Assembly (NCBI GenBank): GCA_902595715.1
Contig: CACJRI010000002.1
Location: 53,449 to 117,448, forward strand
Direction of reading: 5' to 3'
Source: an uncultured SAR86 cluster bacterium
GTDB taxonomy: Bacteria > Pseudomonadota > Gammaproteobacteria > Magnimaribacterales > AG-339-G14
Length of the DNA stretch: 64,000 nt
How positions within the stretch are numbered: position 1 is the first letter of the stretch; each line of letters starts with the position of its first letter. Both the position numbers and the translations under genes were made by a program. Positions 9,755-20,001 of this stretch are shown in pieces. Under the pieces are notes generated by a model. That model did not search any database. It was not told where the DNA came from and saw nothing but the letters and a program-made list of their open reading frames with translations.

Positions 9755-10630
9755 TTGTTTGTACATAATATATTTAATAAATTTTTATACAAATTGAAAA
9801 TCAAAGAATTTAAATCTAAAAATATCGAAAAAAAGCTCATAAGAAATCCTAATTCCAATAAAGGGGACTATGGTCATGTTTTAGTCATTGCAGGAAATAT
9901 AGGTTTTGGAGGCGCTGCCCTTCTTTCTTCAAAGGCTGTTCTTGCGAGCGGTGCAGGTTTGGTAACCTTAGCTACAAGAAAAAATCATCTGTCAGCTGCT
10001 TTGGCATATTGTCCAGAAGTTATGACAAAAACTGTGGAAAGCATCTCTGACTTAGAAAATCACTTGTCCAATAAAACAGTCATTTGTATCGGTCCAGGGT
10101 TGGGTAGAAATTATTGGGCTGATCAGATGCTTTATAAAACAACAAACTTTGCAGCAAAAGAAAATCTGCCGATTTTGATTGATGCTGATGGATTGAATAT
10201 CCTCTCTGAAGACAGACTGAAAATTAAATCACCAAAAAAATTAATTCTTACGCCTCATCCTGGAGAAGCAGCACGTTTGCTCAAGACAAAGGTCTCGACC
10301 ATTCAAAAAAATAGGCCACAAGCATTAGCTAAGCTTTGCGAAAAATACAATGCAACGGTCATTCTTAAAGGTCATGAAACATTGGTTGGTAACAAAAGAA
10401 CTTCATTTGTGTGTAAAAAAGGCAATGCTGGTATGGCAGTAGGCGGCATGGGCGATGTACTCTCTGGACTAGTTTCTGGATTAATTGCTCAAGGTTTATC
10501 GTCTATAGATGCTGCTTGCTTAGGAGTGGATATGCATGCAAGCGCAGCAGATAGTTATATTGAAAAGCACGATATGAAATCTTTGATGCCTTCTGATTTA
10601 TTTAACTTTATGAAAATGAAGAATGAATAA
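9755..10630 (+). CDS. nnrD: ADP-dependent NAD(P)H-hydrate dehydratase (dehydratase domain only)
   Basis: KGDYGHVLVIAG, TPHPGEAARL and GNAGMAVGGMGDVLSG motifs. TTG start as in the ORF track; a TTG ~13 codons downstream is an alternative. It lies upstream of tsaE, like E. coli yjeF-yjeE. Confidence 0.85.
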   Translation: MFVHNIFNKFLYKLKIKEFKSKNIEKKLIRNPNSNKGDYGHVLVIAGNIGFGGAALLSSKAVLASGAGLVTLATRKNHLSAALAYCPEVMTKTVESISDLENHLSNKTVICIGPGLGRNYWADQMLYKTTNFAAKENLPILIDADGLNILSEDRLKIKSPKKLILTPHPGEAARLLKTKVSTIQKNRPQALAKLCEKYNATVILKGHETLVGNKRTSFVCKKGNAGMAVGGMGDVLSGLVSGLIAQGLSSIDAACLGVDMHASAADSYIEKHDMKSLMPSDLFNFMKMKNE

Positions 10631-11075
10631 AAAACTTGTCTTATCAAGCTTAGAAGAAACTAAAAAATTTGCCGAAAAAATCGCTTCTTTTCTTACTGAA
10701 GAAAATAATTTTCCAATATCTATTCATCTTTCTGGAGACTTAGGCACAGGAAAGACCACTTTGGTAAAAGAAGTTTTAAATTATCTTGGTATAGAAAATT
10801 TCATCAATAGTCCAACCTTTACTTTGATTGAGCCTTATGAAATCGATGATTTGAAAATCTTTCATATCGATTTATACCGTGTGGAAAAAATAAGCGAACT
10901 AAGCGCAATCGGTTTAGAAGAATATCTGCAAGAAGCGAATTCCATTAACTTTATTGAATGGCCTGAAAAAGGATCTGGTTTTTTAAAAGAGCCTGACATT
11001 GCCATTTCGTTAAATCACCAAGGTGAAACCACAAGAGAATGTGAAGTTCAAACTTCTTTAGACTTAATTCTTTAA
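10623..11075 (+). CDS. tsaE: tRNA threonylcarbamoyladenosine biosynthesis protein TsaE
   Basis: GDLGTGKTTLVK P-loop, SPTFTL, HIDLYR and IEWPE motifs. Confidence 0.85.
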   Translation: MNKKLVLSSLEETKKFAEKIASFLTEENNFPISIHLSGDLGTGKTTLVKEVLNYLGIENFINSPTFTLIEPYEIDDLKIFHIDLYRVEKISELSAIGLEEYLQEANSINFIEWPEKGSGFLKEPDIAISLNHQGETTRECEVQTSLDLIL

Positions 11076-11076
11076 G

Positions 11077-13242
11077 CTAGTTGAGTGGATCCACATCAAT
11101 TCCAACTCTGACATTTTTTGAATAATCGCTTTGATCGATCATCTTGATAACTTGATTTGCAAGAGTATGTATTTTTTTTCGATTTTCAGATTTTAGAGTT
11201 AAGACCCATCGGAAATAATTTTTTCGCTTTTCAATAAGCTCTGGTTTTGGTCCTATAAATTCATCGTCATGTAGGTTTAATGAACAGGAGATTTCCATCA
11301 AAACTTTCTCAGGCAGGGGTCGTTTTAGGGACTCCGCATGAATGTTAATTTGATAAACAAAAGGCGGAAGCTTGCTGGTTTGTCTTTCTTCTAAAATTTC
11401 GTTGGCAATCCTATCGTAATCAAAAGAAGAAATTTTTTCTAAAAAAGGATGTTCTGGTACAAACGATTGCAAAATGACTTTGCCTTCTTTATCTTCCCTG
11501 CCAGCTCTTCCTGATACCTGAATCAATAACTGAGCCAACCTCTCAGAAGCTTTGTGATCAACTGAAAAAAGACCGCTGTCAGCATCTACTACCACCACTA
11601 AAGTCAAATTTGGCATGTGATGGCCTTTAGCTAAAATCTGCGTTCCCACCAATATGAGAGGCTCTTTGGAATCTGGTAATACCGAGTTGGATCTTAATTG
11701 CTCTTTACCCAGAGCTTCTCGGTCAACTCTAATCACAGGAGTGTTTTTAAAATACTCTTTTAAAAATTCTTCAAGTTTCTCGGTTCCCGTATGAAAAAAT
11801 TCCAAACTTTCTTCTTTACAGTTCAAACAAGCAATAGGCATAGGATGCTTGGTACCACAATGATGACAAACTAATCTTTTGGGATTGATGTGATAAACCA
11901 TTGATACGTCGCAATTACTGCATTCCGGAGTCCAGCCGCATTTGTTACAAAAGACCATTGGTGCATAGCCTTTTTTGTTGAGGAAGACTAAAACTTGATT
12001 GCCTTTACTCAATTCTTTGGAAATTTCATTAAGACTGTCTTCAGTTAAACCTGACTTTAATTCAGATGATCTTAAATCAGAGATTTCAAACTTAGGCTGT
12101 CTTGCGTCTTTTACCCTTCGAGTTAATTTGTGTAAGCAGTATTTTTCATCCTGACAATTTTTAAGACTTTCCAAGCTTGGCGTTGCTGAACACATGATGA
12201 TAGGAATTTTTTCGAGATTTGCTCGATAGACTGCAACGTCTCTAGCTGAATATCTAAAGCCATCAATTTGTTTGTATGAAGAATCATGCTCTTCATCTAC
12301 CACTATCAAGCCTAAATCCTTGAACGGCGTAAAAATTGCTGATCTTGTTCCAATCAAAATAGATTTAAAACCTTTGTTAATATCATTCCAAGCGTGAGCT
12401 CTATCTTTTTCTGACATTTCCGAGTGCAAAAGAGCGACATTGTCTTCGCCAAATCGCCTTTCAATTTCGGCCTTGAGATTTGGAGTCAGACCAATTTCTG
12501 GAACCAAGATTAGAACTTGTTTGCCTTTTTCAACGTAGTCTCTAATGAGATGAAAATATATTTCGGTTTTACCACTTCCCGTAACACCAAAGATTAGATG
12601 CGTAAGATTGGTTGATGAATTTTTAATGGACTTATAAATTTTATTTTGCTCATCATTCAATTCATAAAAAGCTTCTGAGTTAAGTTCCTTGTTAGTTTTC
12701 AATTCATTTCGATTGAGGCTTTTTTTCTCAAGATAACCTTTTGAAATTAAAGCATCCAAGATGGCTTTAGAGATTTTGTTTGCTTTTAAACCCGGACGGG
12801 ATAACTCCGATTTGTGTTGAAAAACTTCTAGGGCTTCAAATTGCTTTTTTGCACGCCCAAAGGATTCTTTGCTTGCTAATTTACCCAAGTTTGTAATTTC
12901 GTACACCTCTATGGAATCCTTTATTTCTTTGCCTTTTCTCAAGAAAGGAGGGAAATAGGATTTAAAAATTTCTCCAATAGGTGCTTTGTAGTAATTAGCT
13001 ATCCAATGAATGAGGTCGTATGAGGGCTTGTCGATTAGAGAATTTCTATCTAAAACTTTAGTTATGGGTTTTATAGATTTTACATTTGGGCTGGATTGTT
13101 TTTTTAAAACATATCCGACAATTTCTCGGTTTCTAAATGGAACTTGAACTCTGGAGCCGATGGAAATTTTGATGTTTGAACTATAAGTAAAAGAGTTTCT
13201 TAATGGTAAAGGAAGCGCTACTTCATAATATAAATTTTTCAT
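11077..13242 (-). CDS. priA: primosomal replication-restart helicase PriA
   Basis: 721 aa. GVTGSGKTE Walker A, VVDEEHD, and a Cys-rich insertion (CNKCGW..CSNC...CHHCG...CLNC). Confidence 0.95.
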   Translation of the reverse strand: MKNLYYEVALPLPLRNSFTYSSNIKISIGSRVQVPFRNREIVGYVLKKQSSPNVKSIKPITKVLDRNSLIDKPSYDLIHWIANYYKAPIGEIFKSYFPPFLRKGKEIKDSIEVYEITNLGKLASKESFGRAKKQFEALEVFQHKSELSRPGLKANKISKAILDALISKGYLEKKSLNRNELKTNKELNSEAFYELNDEQNKIYKSIKNSSTNLTHLIFGVTGSGKTEIYFHLIRDYVEKGKQVLILVPEIGLTPNLKAEIERRFGEDNVALLHSEMSEKDRAHAWNDINKGFKSILIGTRSAIFTPFKDLGLIVVDEEHDSSYKQIDGFRYSARDVAVYRANLEKIPIIMCSATPSLESLKNCQDEKYCLHKLTRRVKDARQPKFEISDLRSSELKSGLTEDSLNEISKELSKGNQVLVFLNKKGYAPMVFCNKCGWTPECSNCDVSMVYHINPKRLVCHHCGTKHPMPIACLNCKEESLEFFHTGTEKLEEFLKEYFKNTPVIRVDREALGKEQLRSNSVLPDSKEPLILVGTQILAKGHHMPNLTLVVVVDADSGLFSVDHKASERLAQLLIQVSGRAGREDKEGKVILQSFVPEHPFLEKISSFDYDRIANEILEERQTSKLPPFVYQINIHAESLKRPLPEKVLMEISCSLNLHDDEFIGPKPELIEKRKNYFRWVLTLKSENRKKIHTLANQVIKMIDQSDYSKNVRVGIDVDPLN

Positions 13243-13312
13243 TTAAGTTTATTTGAGAATAAATAGTCTTCTGGTATAGTGCGGCAGCATATTTTTTTAA
13301 TCAAGAAGAATA

Positions 13313-13795
13313 GTGAAAAAAGAGATTCATCCAGAATACAGAACGGTTTTATTTCATGATGTGAGTGTCGATAAGTACTATCTTATTCCATCAACATTAG
13401 AAACTGACCAAACTAAAGAATGGGAAGATGGTAAGACCTATCCTTACTGTCCTCTTGATGTATCGTCAGCCTCTCATCCTTTCTATACTGGTCAGAATAA
13501 AATCATCGATACTGGCGGAAGAGTTGAAAGGTTCAAAAAACGTTTTTCAAAGAAAGCTGCTGTAAAGGCTGCTCCTGTTGAAGAAAGTCCTAAAGAAGAA
13601 ACTCCTCCAGCAGAAGAAAAAAAAGAAGATGTAAATGCTTCAGCTCCTGCTGAAAAAGTTACAAAAGAGGCTCCTGAAGCCACAGCTGAAGAAACCACTG
13701 AAGCCGTTGAAGTAGCTCCTTCTGACGCTCCTCAAGAGGAAACTTCTGCTGAAGAAGCTAGTGATGAATCTTCTAATTCTTCAGAAGAAAAATAA
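13313..13795 (+). CDS. rpmE2: 50S ribosomal protein L31 type B (no CxxC zinc site) with long acidic C-terminal tail
   Basis: GTG start. [14 protein letters not shown]...[10 protein letters not shown]...[10 protein letters not shown] aligns with YkgM-type L31. About 80 further residues are rich in E/A/P/S/T. Confidence 0.85.
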   Translation: MKKEIHPEYRTVLFHDVSVDKYYLIPSTLETDQTKEWEDGKTYPYCPLDVSSASHPFYTGQNKIIDTGGRVERFKKRFSKKAAVKAAPVEESPKEETPPAEEKKEDVNASAPAEKVTKEAPEATAEETTEAVEVAPSDAPQEETSAEEASDESSNSSEEK

Positions 13796-13837
13796 ATTTT
13801 CATACTTGATTTTTTAGACTCCTAATCAGTCACTCAT

Positions 13838-15625
13838 ATGAATCCTGAATTTATTAGAAATATCGCCATCATTGCACACGTCGATCATGGGAAAACCACT
13901 TTAGTCGATAAATTACTAGAACATTCCGGTACCTTAGATAGAAAAAATATCGGCTCGGAGAGAATCTTAGATTCCAACGATCAAGAAAGAGAAAGAGGAA
14001 TAACGATTCTTTCTAAAAATACTGCCATCAAGTGGAAAGATTACAAAATCAATATCGTAGACACTCCCGGTCATGCTGATTTTGGCGGAGAAGTGGAAAG
14101 AGTTTTGTCTATGGTAGATTCAGTTTTGTTGCTAGTTGATGCCGTCGATGGGCCGATGCCACAAACCAGATTTGTGACTCAAAAAGCTTTTGAAAAAGGA
14201 CTAAATCCCATTCTGGTTATAAATAAAATTGATCGTCCAAGCGCCAGACCCGATTGGGTACAAGATCAAGTTTTTGATCTCTTCGATAGATTGGGTGGGA
14301 ATGATCAACAGATGGATTTTCCTACAATCTATACCTCTGCATTGAACGGAACGTCCGGTTTGGATTTGGATAAAATTGAAGAAGATATGTCTCCACTCTT
14401 AGACCTCATCATAACTAAAGTGAATGAACCTCCTGTGAGTTTAGAAGAACCTTTTCAAATGCAAATCAGTGCTTTAGATAGTAATAGCTATGTGGGTGTA
14501 ATCGGCATCGGCAGAATATCTCGTGGTAATGTTAAACCAAACGATCAAGTTGTAGTGATCAATGCTGAAGGAGAACAAAAAACAGGAAAAATTCTTCAGG
14601 TTTTGGGTCATGAAGGTTTGGAAAGAGTTGAGGTCGATAAAGCTGAAGCAGGTGACATTGTCTGTGTGACTGGTATTGAAAAATTGTATATCTCAGATAC
14701 TTTATGTGACTCAGAGAATGTAGAACAACTCCCTCCTCTCTCTGTAGATGAGCCGACTGTGAGTATGACCTTTCAGGTGAATGATTCCCCATTTGCTGGT
14801 AAGGAAGGTAAGTTTGTAACTTCAAGAAACATTAAAGACCGTCTTGAACAAGAATTGCTAAGTAATGTCGCTCTGAGAGTTGAGCAAGGTGAAAGTGCTG
14901 ATAAATTCAAAGTCTCTGGCCGTGGTGAATTGCATTTATCGGTTTTGATAGAAAACATGCGTCGAGATGGTTTCGAATTGGGAGTTTCAAAACCTGAGGT
15001 CATTCAAAAAGAAGTGAATGGTGAAATTCATGAACCTTTTGAACAAATAGTAATTGATATCGAGGAACAACATCAGGGGCCTGTAATGGAAGAGATGGGT
15101 TCAAGAAAAGCAGAACTGAAAAATATGGAACCCAGCGAAACGGGAAGAATAAAATTAGATTTTATTGCACCTTCCAGAGGTATGATTGGGTTTAGGTCTC
15201 AGTTTCTTACCTTGACGAGCGGCACCGGAATTCTAACTAGTATCTTCGATCATTACGGCCCTGCAAAAAAAGGTGAGATTACTACGCGTCAAAATGGAGT
15301 CTTGGTCTCTATGGCTGAAGGAAAAACCTTGGCCTATTCTTTATTCAACCTACAAAACAGAGGAAAGCTTTTTGTCGGACATGGATTGAATGTTTATAAA
15401 GGTCAAATTGTTGGCTTACATTCCAGAGATAATGATTTGCCGGTCAATCCAACCAAAGCGAAACAGTTAACTAATATCAGAGCCTCAGGTACTGATGAAA
15501 ATCTTATCTTAGTCCCCCACATTGAACATTCTTTGGAACAAGCATTGGAATTTATCGAAGAAGACGAATTAGTGGAAGTAACGCCTTCAGCGATTAGATT
15601 GAGAAAAAAAGCTTTCAGATTTTAA
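13838..15625 (+). CDS. typA: translational GTPase TypA/BipA
   Basis: [31 protein letters not shown] and NKIDR G-motifs; 595 aa. Confidence 0.95.
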   Translation: MNPEFIRNIAIIAHVDHGKTTLVDKLLEHSGTLDRKNIGSERILDSNDQERERGITILSKNTAIKWKDYKINIVDTPGHADFGGEVERVLSMVDSVLLLVDAVDGPMPQTRFVTQKAFEKGLNPILVINKIDRPSARPDWVQDQVFDLFDRLGGNDQQMDFPTIYTSALNGTSGLDLDKIEEDMSPLLDLIITKVNEPPVSLEEPFQMQISALDSNSYVGVIGIGRISRGNVKPNDQVVVINAEGEQKTGKILQVLGHEGLERVEVDKAEAGDIVCVTGIEKLYISDTLCDSENVEQLPPLSVDEPTVSMTFQVNDSPFAGKEGKFVTSRNIKDRLEQELLSNVALRVEQGESADKFKVSGRGELHLSVLIENMRRDGFELGVSKPEVIQKEVNGEIHEPFEQIVIDIEEQHQGPVMEEMGSRKAELKNMEPSETGRIKLDFIAPSRGMIGFRSQFLTLTSGTGILTSIFDHYGPAKKGEITTRQNGVLVSMAEGKTLAYSLFNLQNRGKLFVGHGLNVYKGQIVGLHSRDNDLPVNPTKAKQLTNIRASGTDENLILVPHIEHSLEQALEFIEEDELVEVTPSAIRLRKKAFRF

Positions 15626-15626
15626 T

Positions 15627-16178
15627 TTATTTGGTACCCGAAGAACCAAAGCCCTTGGAACCCCTTTCCGAGAAATCGAATTCAGAAACCAACTTGAAGT
15701 TGGGTGAAGTAACTGCAAAAAACATCATCTGAGCAATCCTGTCTCCAGGGTGAACCTCGAATGATTCTTTGGATCTATTCCACAAAGAGACCATGATCTC
15801 TCCTTGATAATCGGAGTCAATAAGACCCACTAGGTTTCCCAAAACGATTCCATGTTTGTGCCCTAAGCCTGACCTAGGAAGAATCAAGGCTGCATATTTA
15901 GAATCTTTTATATGTATTGAAAATCCAGTAGTAAATAAAAAAGTCTCATCGGGCTGAAGAACTTTTTTTTCTTTGATATTGGTCCTCAAATCTAAGGCTG
16001 CAGATCCTGCGGTACTGAATTTAGGTAGGGGAATTTTGTTGCCTAGTTCGTTATCATGAATTTTGAATTCAACGTTAAGTGCGATATTTGAGGTTGTTTG
16101 TTGTCCGGGACTAACAGCTTTTGATATCAAAGATGGTAGAAAGATTCCTACTAATTTAAGCAAAATCCATCTAATCAT
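15627..16178 (-). CDS. dut: dUTP diphosphatase (with ~30-aa hydrophobic N-terminal extension if the ATG at 16178 is used)
   Basis: PLPKFSTAGSAALDLR, RSGLGHKHGIVLGN, IDSDYQGE and C-terminal ERGSKGFGSSG match Dut. Homology to E. coli Dut begins near residue 33. Confidence 0.9.
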   Translation of the reverse strand: MIRWILLKLVGIFLPSLISKAVSPGQQTTSNIALNVEFKIHDNELGNKIPLPKFSTAGSAALDLRTNIKEKKVLQPDETFLFTTGFSIHIKDSKYAALILPRSGLGHKHGIVLGNLVGLIDSDYQGEIMVSLWNRSKESFEVHPGDRIAQMMFFAVTSPNFKLVSEFDFSERGSKGFGSSGTK

Positions 16179-17373
16179 TAAGGATGTTTTTTGAAATAAA
16201 TTGTACTATTTTTCGAGCAACCTTTTCTTTTGAAGTTTTAGGTATTTTTAATTCTTCTTTTTCAGTAATCAATGTCACCTCATTATTATTTGAGTCAAAA
16301 CCTATAGAACTATCCGAGACATCATTGGCAACAATTAAATTCAAATTCTTTGAAGATAATTTTTTTCTAGCGTTATCAATCGTATTTTCCGTTTCTGCGG
16401 CAAAACCGACTATTTTTAAATCAGGATTGTTATCAGAAACGTATTTCAAAATGTCTTCATTTTTTTCTAAACTCAGATTCATATTTTTAGATTGGTCTTT
16501 TTTTATTTTTTGAGTTTCAACATTTTTCATTTTGAAATCTGCAACTGCTGCAGTTGATATAAACAAATCGATATCGGATAGATTTGCAATGACGTGCTCT
16601 TTCATTTCCTCAGCAGATTCGATATCTATTCTTTTGACTCTTTCTGGTGTATGTAAAGTTACCGGACCAGAAATCAAAGTCACTATTGCGGATTCATCAA
16701 CAGCAGCTTTGGCAAGCGAAAAACCCATCTTTCCAGAGCTTTTATTAGAGATGTATCTAACGGGATCTATTTTTTCTCTTGTGGGTCCAGCAGTGATAAG
16801 TACTTTTTTACCAGCTAATAATCCAGAAGAAAATTCTTTAGCTACCTCTTCAATAATTTCCTTAGGTTCTGACATTCTGCCAGGACCCACATCACCACAA
16901 GCTTGATCACCTTCATTAGGTCCGATTTGGTGAAAAACAGGTTTTTTCAGTAATGAAAGATTTTTTTTGGTACGTTTATCCTTCCACATGCCTTGATTCA
17001 TTGCTGGGGCAAAAAATATTTTAGAATCTGCAGCAAGACATACCGCGGACATTAAATCATCGCCTCTTCCAGCAGCAAGTTTTGCAAGGCTATCTGCCGA
17101 ACAAGGAGAAATGACAATGGCATCAGCCCATCTTGCTAATTCTATGTGTCCCATAGCTGATTCTGCATTAGTATCTAAAAGATCTGAATGAACTTCATTA
17201 CCAGACAATGCCTGCATGGTAAGAGGTGTGATGAATTCTTTGGCTGCTTCAGTCATGAGCACTCGAACTTCGGAGCCTGAGCTCTTAAATAGCCTAATTA
17301 ACTCAGCAGCTTTATATGCAGCAATACCACCTGTGACGCAAAGCAAAATTTGTCTATTAGCCAATTGTTCCAT
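16171..17373 (-). CDS. coaBC: bifunctional phosphopantothenoylcysteine decarboxylase / phosphopantothenate-cysteine ligase
   Basis: ILLCVTGGIAAYK flavoprotein N-terminus, PAMN, ITAGPTRE.IDPVRYISN.SSGKMG ligase motifs. coaBC-dut order as in E. coli dfp-dut. Confidence 0.95.
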   Translation of the reverse strand: MEQLANRQILLCVTGGIAAYKAAELIRLFKSSGSEVRVLMTEAAKEFITPLTMQALSGNEVHSDLLDTNAESAMGHIELARWADAIVISPCSADSLAKLAAGRGDDLMSAVCLAADSKIFFAPAMNQGMWKDKRTKKNLSLLKKPVFHQIGPNEGDQACGDVGPGRMSEPKEIIEEVAKEFSSGLLAGKKVLITAGPTREKIDPVRYISNKSSGKMGFSLAKAAVDESAIVTLISGPVTLHTPERVKRIDIESAEEMKEHVIANLSDIDLFISTAAVADFKMKNVETQKIKKDQSKNMNLSLEKNEDILKYVSDNNPDLKIVGFAAETENTIDNARKKLSSKNLNLIVANDVSDSSIGFDSNNNEVTLITEKEELKIPKTSKEKVARKIVQFISKNILND

Positions 17374-17447
17374 ACAAAAATTATAACTCAGATAGGTTTC
17401 TTTGAACTTAGGATTCTGGTATAAAGCTCTTCTTGCAAAGGAATATT

Positions 17448-17684
17448 ATGAGCAAAGAGTGTCAAGTTACAGGTAAAACACCAATGGCAGGGAACAACGT
17501 TTCTAAGGCTGTTAATAAAACTAAAAGAAAGTTTATGCCTAATTTGCATCGTCATAAGTTTTGGGTAGAGTCTGAAAACAAATATGTGACTCTTACTCTT
17601 TCTGCTAAAGGTATGAGAATCATTGATAAAAAAGGCATTGATGTAGTTTTAAAAGAAATCAGAGATCGAGGTGAAAAGATATGA
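17448..17684 (+). CDS. rpmB: 50S ribosomal protein L28
   Basis: [10 protein letters not shown]...GNNVS...[37 protein letters not shown] aligns with E. coli L28. I prefer the ATG at 17448 (AAAGGA 5-10 nt upstream) over the track's TTG at 17433. Confidence 0.95.
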   Translation: MSKECQVTGKTPMAGNNVSKAVNKTKRKFMPNLHRHKFWVESENKYVTLTLSAKGMRIIDKKGIDVVLKEIRDRGEKI

Positions 17685-17836
17685 GAGAAAAAATTAAACT
17701 CGTTTCCTCTGCTGGAACGGGTCACTTCTATACAACAGATAAAAATAAGACTAAAACTCCAGATAAAATAGAATTTAAAAAATATGACCCTAGAGTCAAA
17801 AAACACGTCATCTACAAAGAAGAAAAAATCAAATAA
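17681..17836 (+). CDS. rpmG: 50S ribosomal protein L33
   Basis: Not in the ORF track (51 aa). Hand translation gives [51 protein letters not shown], the L33 signature. ATGA overlap with the rpmB stop; canonical rpmB-rpmG order. Confidence 0.9.
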   Translation: MREKIKLVSSAGTGHFYTTDKNKTKTPDKIEFKKYDPRVKKHVIYKEEKIK

Positions 17837-18449
17837 TTTCGATATTTATCTTGCTTCTAGTTCTCCTAGAAGAGCCGAAATCCTTAAAAATCTAAAAGTT
17901 AACTTTGAAATCCTTAAATGTGATTTCGATGAGTCCAATATTACTAATGAAAGTCCAGAGGATTTTATTATTAAAAATACTCAGCAAAAATGTCTTGCTG
18001 CTCATGCGATTAGACAAAAAAAGAAGTTGCTCAATAAACCTATTTTAACTGCTGATACTATTGTTGCTCTAGATGGCAAAATATTTGGAAAACCTGAAAA
18101 CAAAGATCATGCCATTGCGATGCTACTTGAGTTTTCAGGAAGGAAACATACAGTGATGACCTGCGTTTGCTTTGGTGAAACCGAGCCACAATCTGATGCC
18201 GAAGTAAAAATGATGTTTGATCTTGTCAGAACCGAAATTCAATTTGCAAACTTAACTGCCAATCAATGTGCAAAATATTGGGATACCAATGAACCAAAAG
18301 ATAAGGCGGGTGCTTACGGTATTCAAGGTTATGGCGGTTTATTCGTTGAGTCATTGGAAGGCAGCTATAGCAACGTTGTGGGATTGCCGATCGTTGAGAC
18401 TTGTAAGATTTTCAAAGAAAAGAATATTGGCTATTGGCTGAATCAATAA
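17784..18449 (+). CDS. maf: Maf-like nucleoside triphosphate pyrophosphatase
   Basis: [29 protein letters not shown] and NVVGLP motifs. The only in-frame ATG/GTG/TTG upstream of the conserved core is at 17784, inside rpmG. Confidence 0.85.
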   Translation: MTLESKNTSSTKKKKSNNFDIYLASSSPRRAEILKNLKVNFEILKCDFDESNITNESPEDFIIKNTQQKCLAAHAIRQKKKLLNKPILTADTIVALDGKIFGKPENKDHAIAMLLEFSGRKHTVMTCVCFGETEPQSDAEVKMMFDLVRTEIQFANLTANQCAKYWDTNEPKDKAGAYGIQGYGGLFVESLEGSYSNVVGLPIVETCKIFKEKNIGYWLNQ

Positions 18450-18474
18450 CCTTTTAATTCAGATAAAATAAAGT

Positions 18475-20001
18475 GTGAATTTTTCTAAATTTCTCGCTGG
18501 ATTTTTTTTAGGTTCTTTGGTTGTCCTAGCTTTTCAGCCTTTTAATTATTGGTTTTTAACTTTTCTCATTCCAGGGCTTTTATATCAATTGATTAAAAGT
18601 GAGGGCATAAAAAATACTTTTTTTATTTCCTATTTTTTTGGTTTTGGCCTTTGGGCATTTGGAACATTCTGGATAGAAAATAGCATAACTGTTTATGGAG
18701 GAGCCTCCCCAATTTTAGGAAGTTTTCTTACATTATTACTAGCAGCTTTTTTAAGCTTGTTTCAGGCTATCAGTTTTACCATATTTAAACTTGTTAATAG
18801 CCAAAGAAAAACTTATGAAGTATTTCTTCTTTTCCCATCCACTTGGGTATTGAGCGAATGGTTGAGAGAATTTCTATTTACTGGTTTTCCATGGTTGTAC
18901 TTAGGTTATACCGCTGTAGATAACTCTCTCTTGCAAGGTTACATTCCGATTCTTGGGATTTTTGGGATAAGTTTTCTCATGGTTTTAATATCTCAAATAT
19001 TTCTTTATTTGTTAGGAAGCTTAAGAGATTTGACCCAAAGAAAATCTTTATATTTATCTTCCTTTGTCTTAATAATAATTTTTATCGGCAATCAACCGCT
19101 TGAAAATATCAATTGGACTGAATCAACTGGAAAGATCTCAGCAACAGTTGTTCAGCCTAATATTGATATCAAAGAAAAATGGACACAAAAAGGATTACAA
19201 AAAATTGAAAGCGAAATCGAAAAGAAAATAAGACAAAATTCACTGCAAAATCTTACTCAGATCTCAGTTATATTTTGGCCAGAGGTAACTCTCCCATCAT
19301 TGATTCAGAAGGACAAAGTTAATGAATTCAGAAATAACATTCTTAATCAAAATAATATCCTTGGAATGGTCATAGGTGCTTTATCTACAAACGAATCAGA
19401 AGAAATAAATAATTCATTAATTGGAATTGGCAATATCTCAGGTATTTATGATAAGAAGTTTTTAGTGCCCTTTGGTGAATACGTTCCTTTCTCAGGACTA
19501 TTCAATGTTTTCTTTGATTTTTTTAACTTTAATAGACCGCAAATATTTTCAGGTAAAAACAATGACCTTATCGGGAATAATTTAATTAAAATATCTTCAG
19601 CAATTTGTTATGAAATTGCATATCAAAATGTATTTTTATCCAATAGCAAAAAATCCAATATCTTATTTAATGCTAGTAACGACAATTGGTTTGGAACTGG
19701 CTTAGGCCCTCATCAACATTTACAGATTGCAAGATTTAGAGCAGCTGAACACCAAAAATATTTAATTAGATCGACATCGACTGGTATCAGTGCACTCATA
19801 AACGATCGAGGTCAAATCATCAAAAAAATTGAAACTTCTACTATCAAAAATGATTTAGAGAGTTTTCAAGAAGATGTGATTCTTAGGTCAGGTCAAACTC
19901 CTCATGCAAATTTTGGAAAAAACCCTTTCTTATTCATATTGGTTATTATCTTTTTTATATCGGCGATATTAAAATTTAAACAAGATGAAAAGATTATTTA
20001 A
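18475..20001 (+). CDS. lnt: apolipoprotein N-acyltransferase
   Basis: Multi-TM N-terminal half followed by a CN-hydrolase domain with WPE and the AICYEIAY (catalytic Cys) motif; 508 aa; GTG start. Confidence 0.85.
   Translation: MNFSKFLAGFFLGSLVVLAFQPFNYWFLTFLIPGLLYQLIKSEGIKNTFFISYFFGFGLWAFGTFWIENSITVYGGASPILGSFLTLLLAAFLSLFQAISFTIFKLVNSQRKTYEVFLLFPSTWVLSEWLREFLFTGFPWLYLGYTAVDNSLLQGYIPILGIFGISFLMVLISQIFLYLLGSLRDLTQRKSLYLSSFVLIIIFIGNQPLENINWTESTGKISATVVQPNIDIKEKWTQKGLQKIESEIEKKIRQNSLQNLTQISVIFWPEVTLPSLIQKDKVNEFRNNILNQNNILGMVIGALSTNESEEINNSLIGIGNISGIYDKKFLVPFGEYVPFSGLFNVFFDFFNFNRPQIFSGKNNDLIGNNLIKISSAICYEIAYQNVFLSNSKKSNILFNASNDNWFGTGLGPHQHLQIARFRAAEHQKYLIRSTSTGISALINDRGQIIKKIETSTIKNDLESFQEDVILRSGQTPHANFGKNPFLFILVIIFFISAILKFKQDEKII

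Noticed and set aside
13243-13312. A Zur box upstream of the zinc-free L31 paralog.
   Set aside because: I can see no palindrome resembling GAAATGTTATAWTATAACATTTC in the 70-nt spacer. This cannot be excluded without a PWM scan.
16184-16906. Two long plus-strand ORFs (109 and 124 aa) inside coaBC. Similar antisense ORFs occur in acs (6066-6389), typA, ybbP and purH/purD (62318-63007).
   Set aside because: All lie antisense to strongly supported conserved genes. Long antisense ORFs are expected in AT-rich genomes with biased codon usage, and they carry no motifs.
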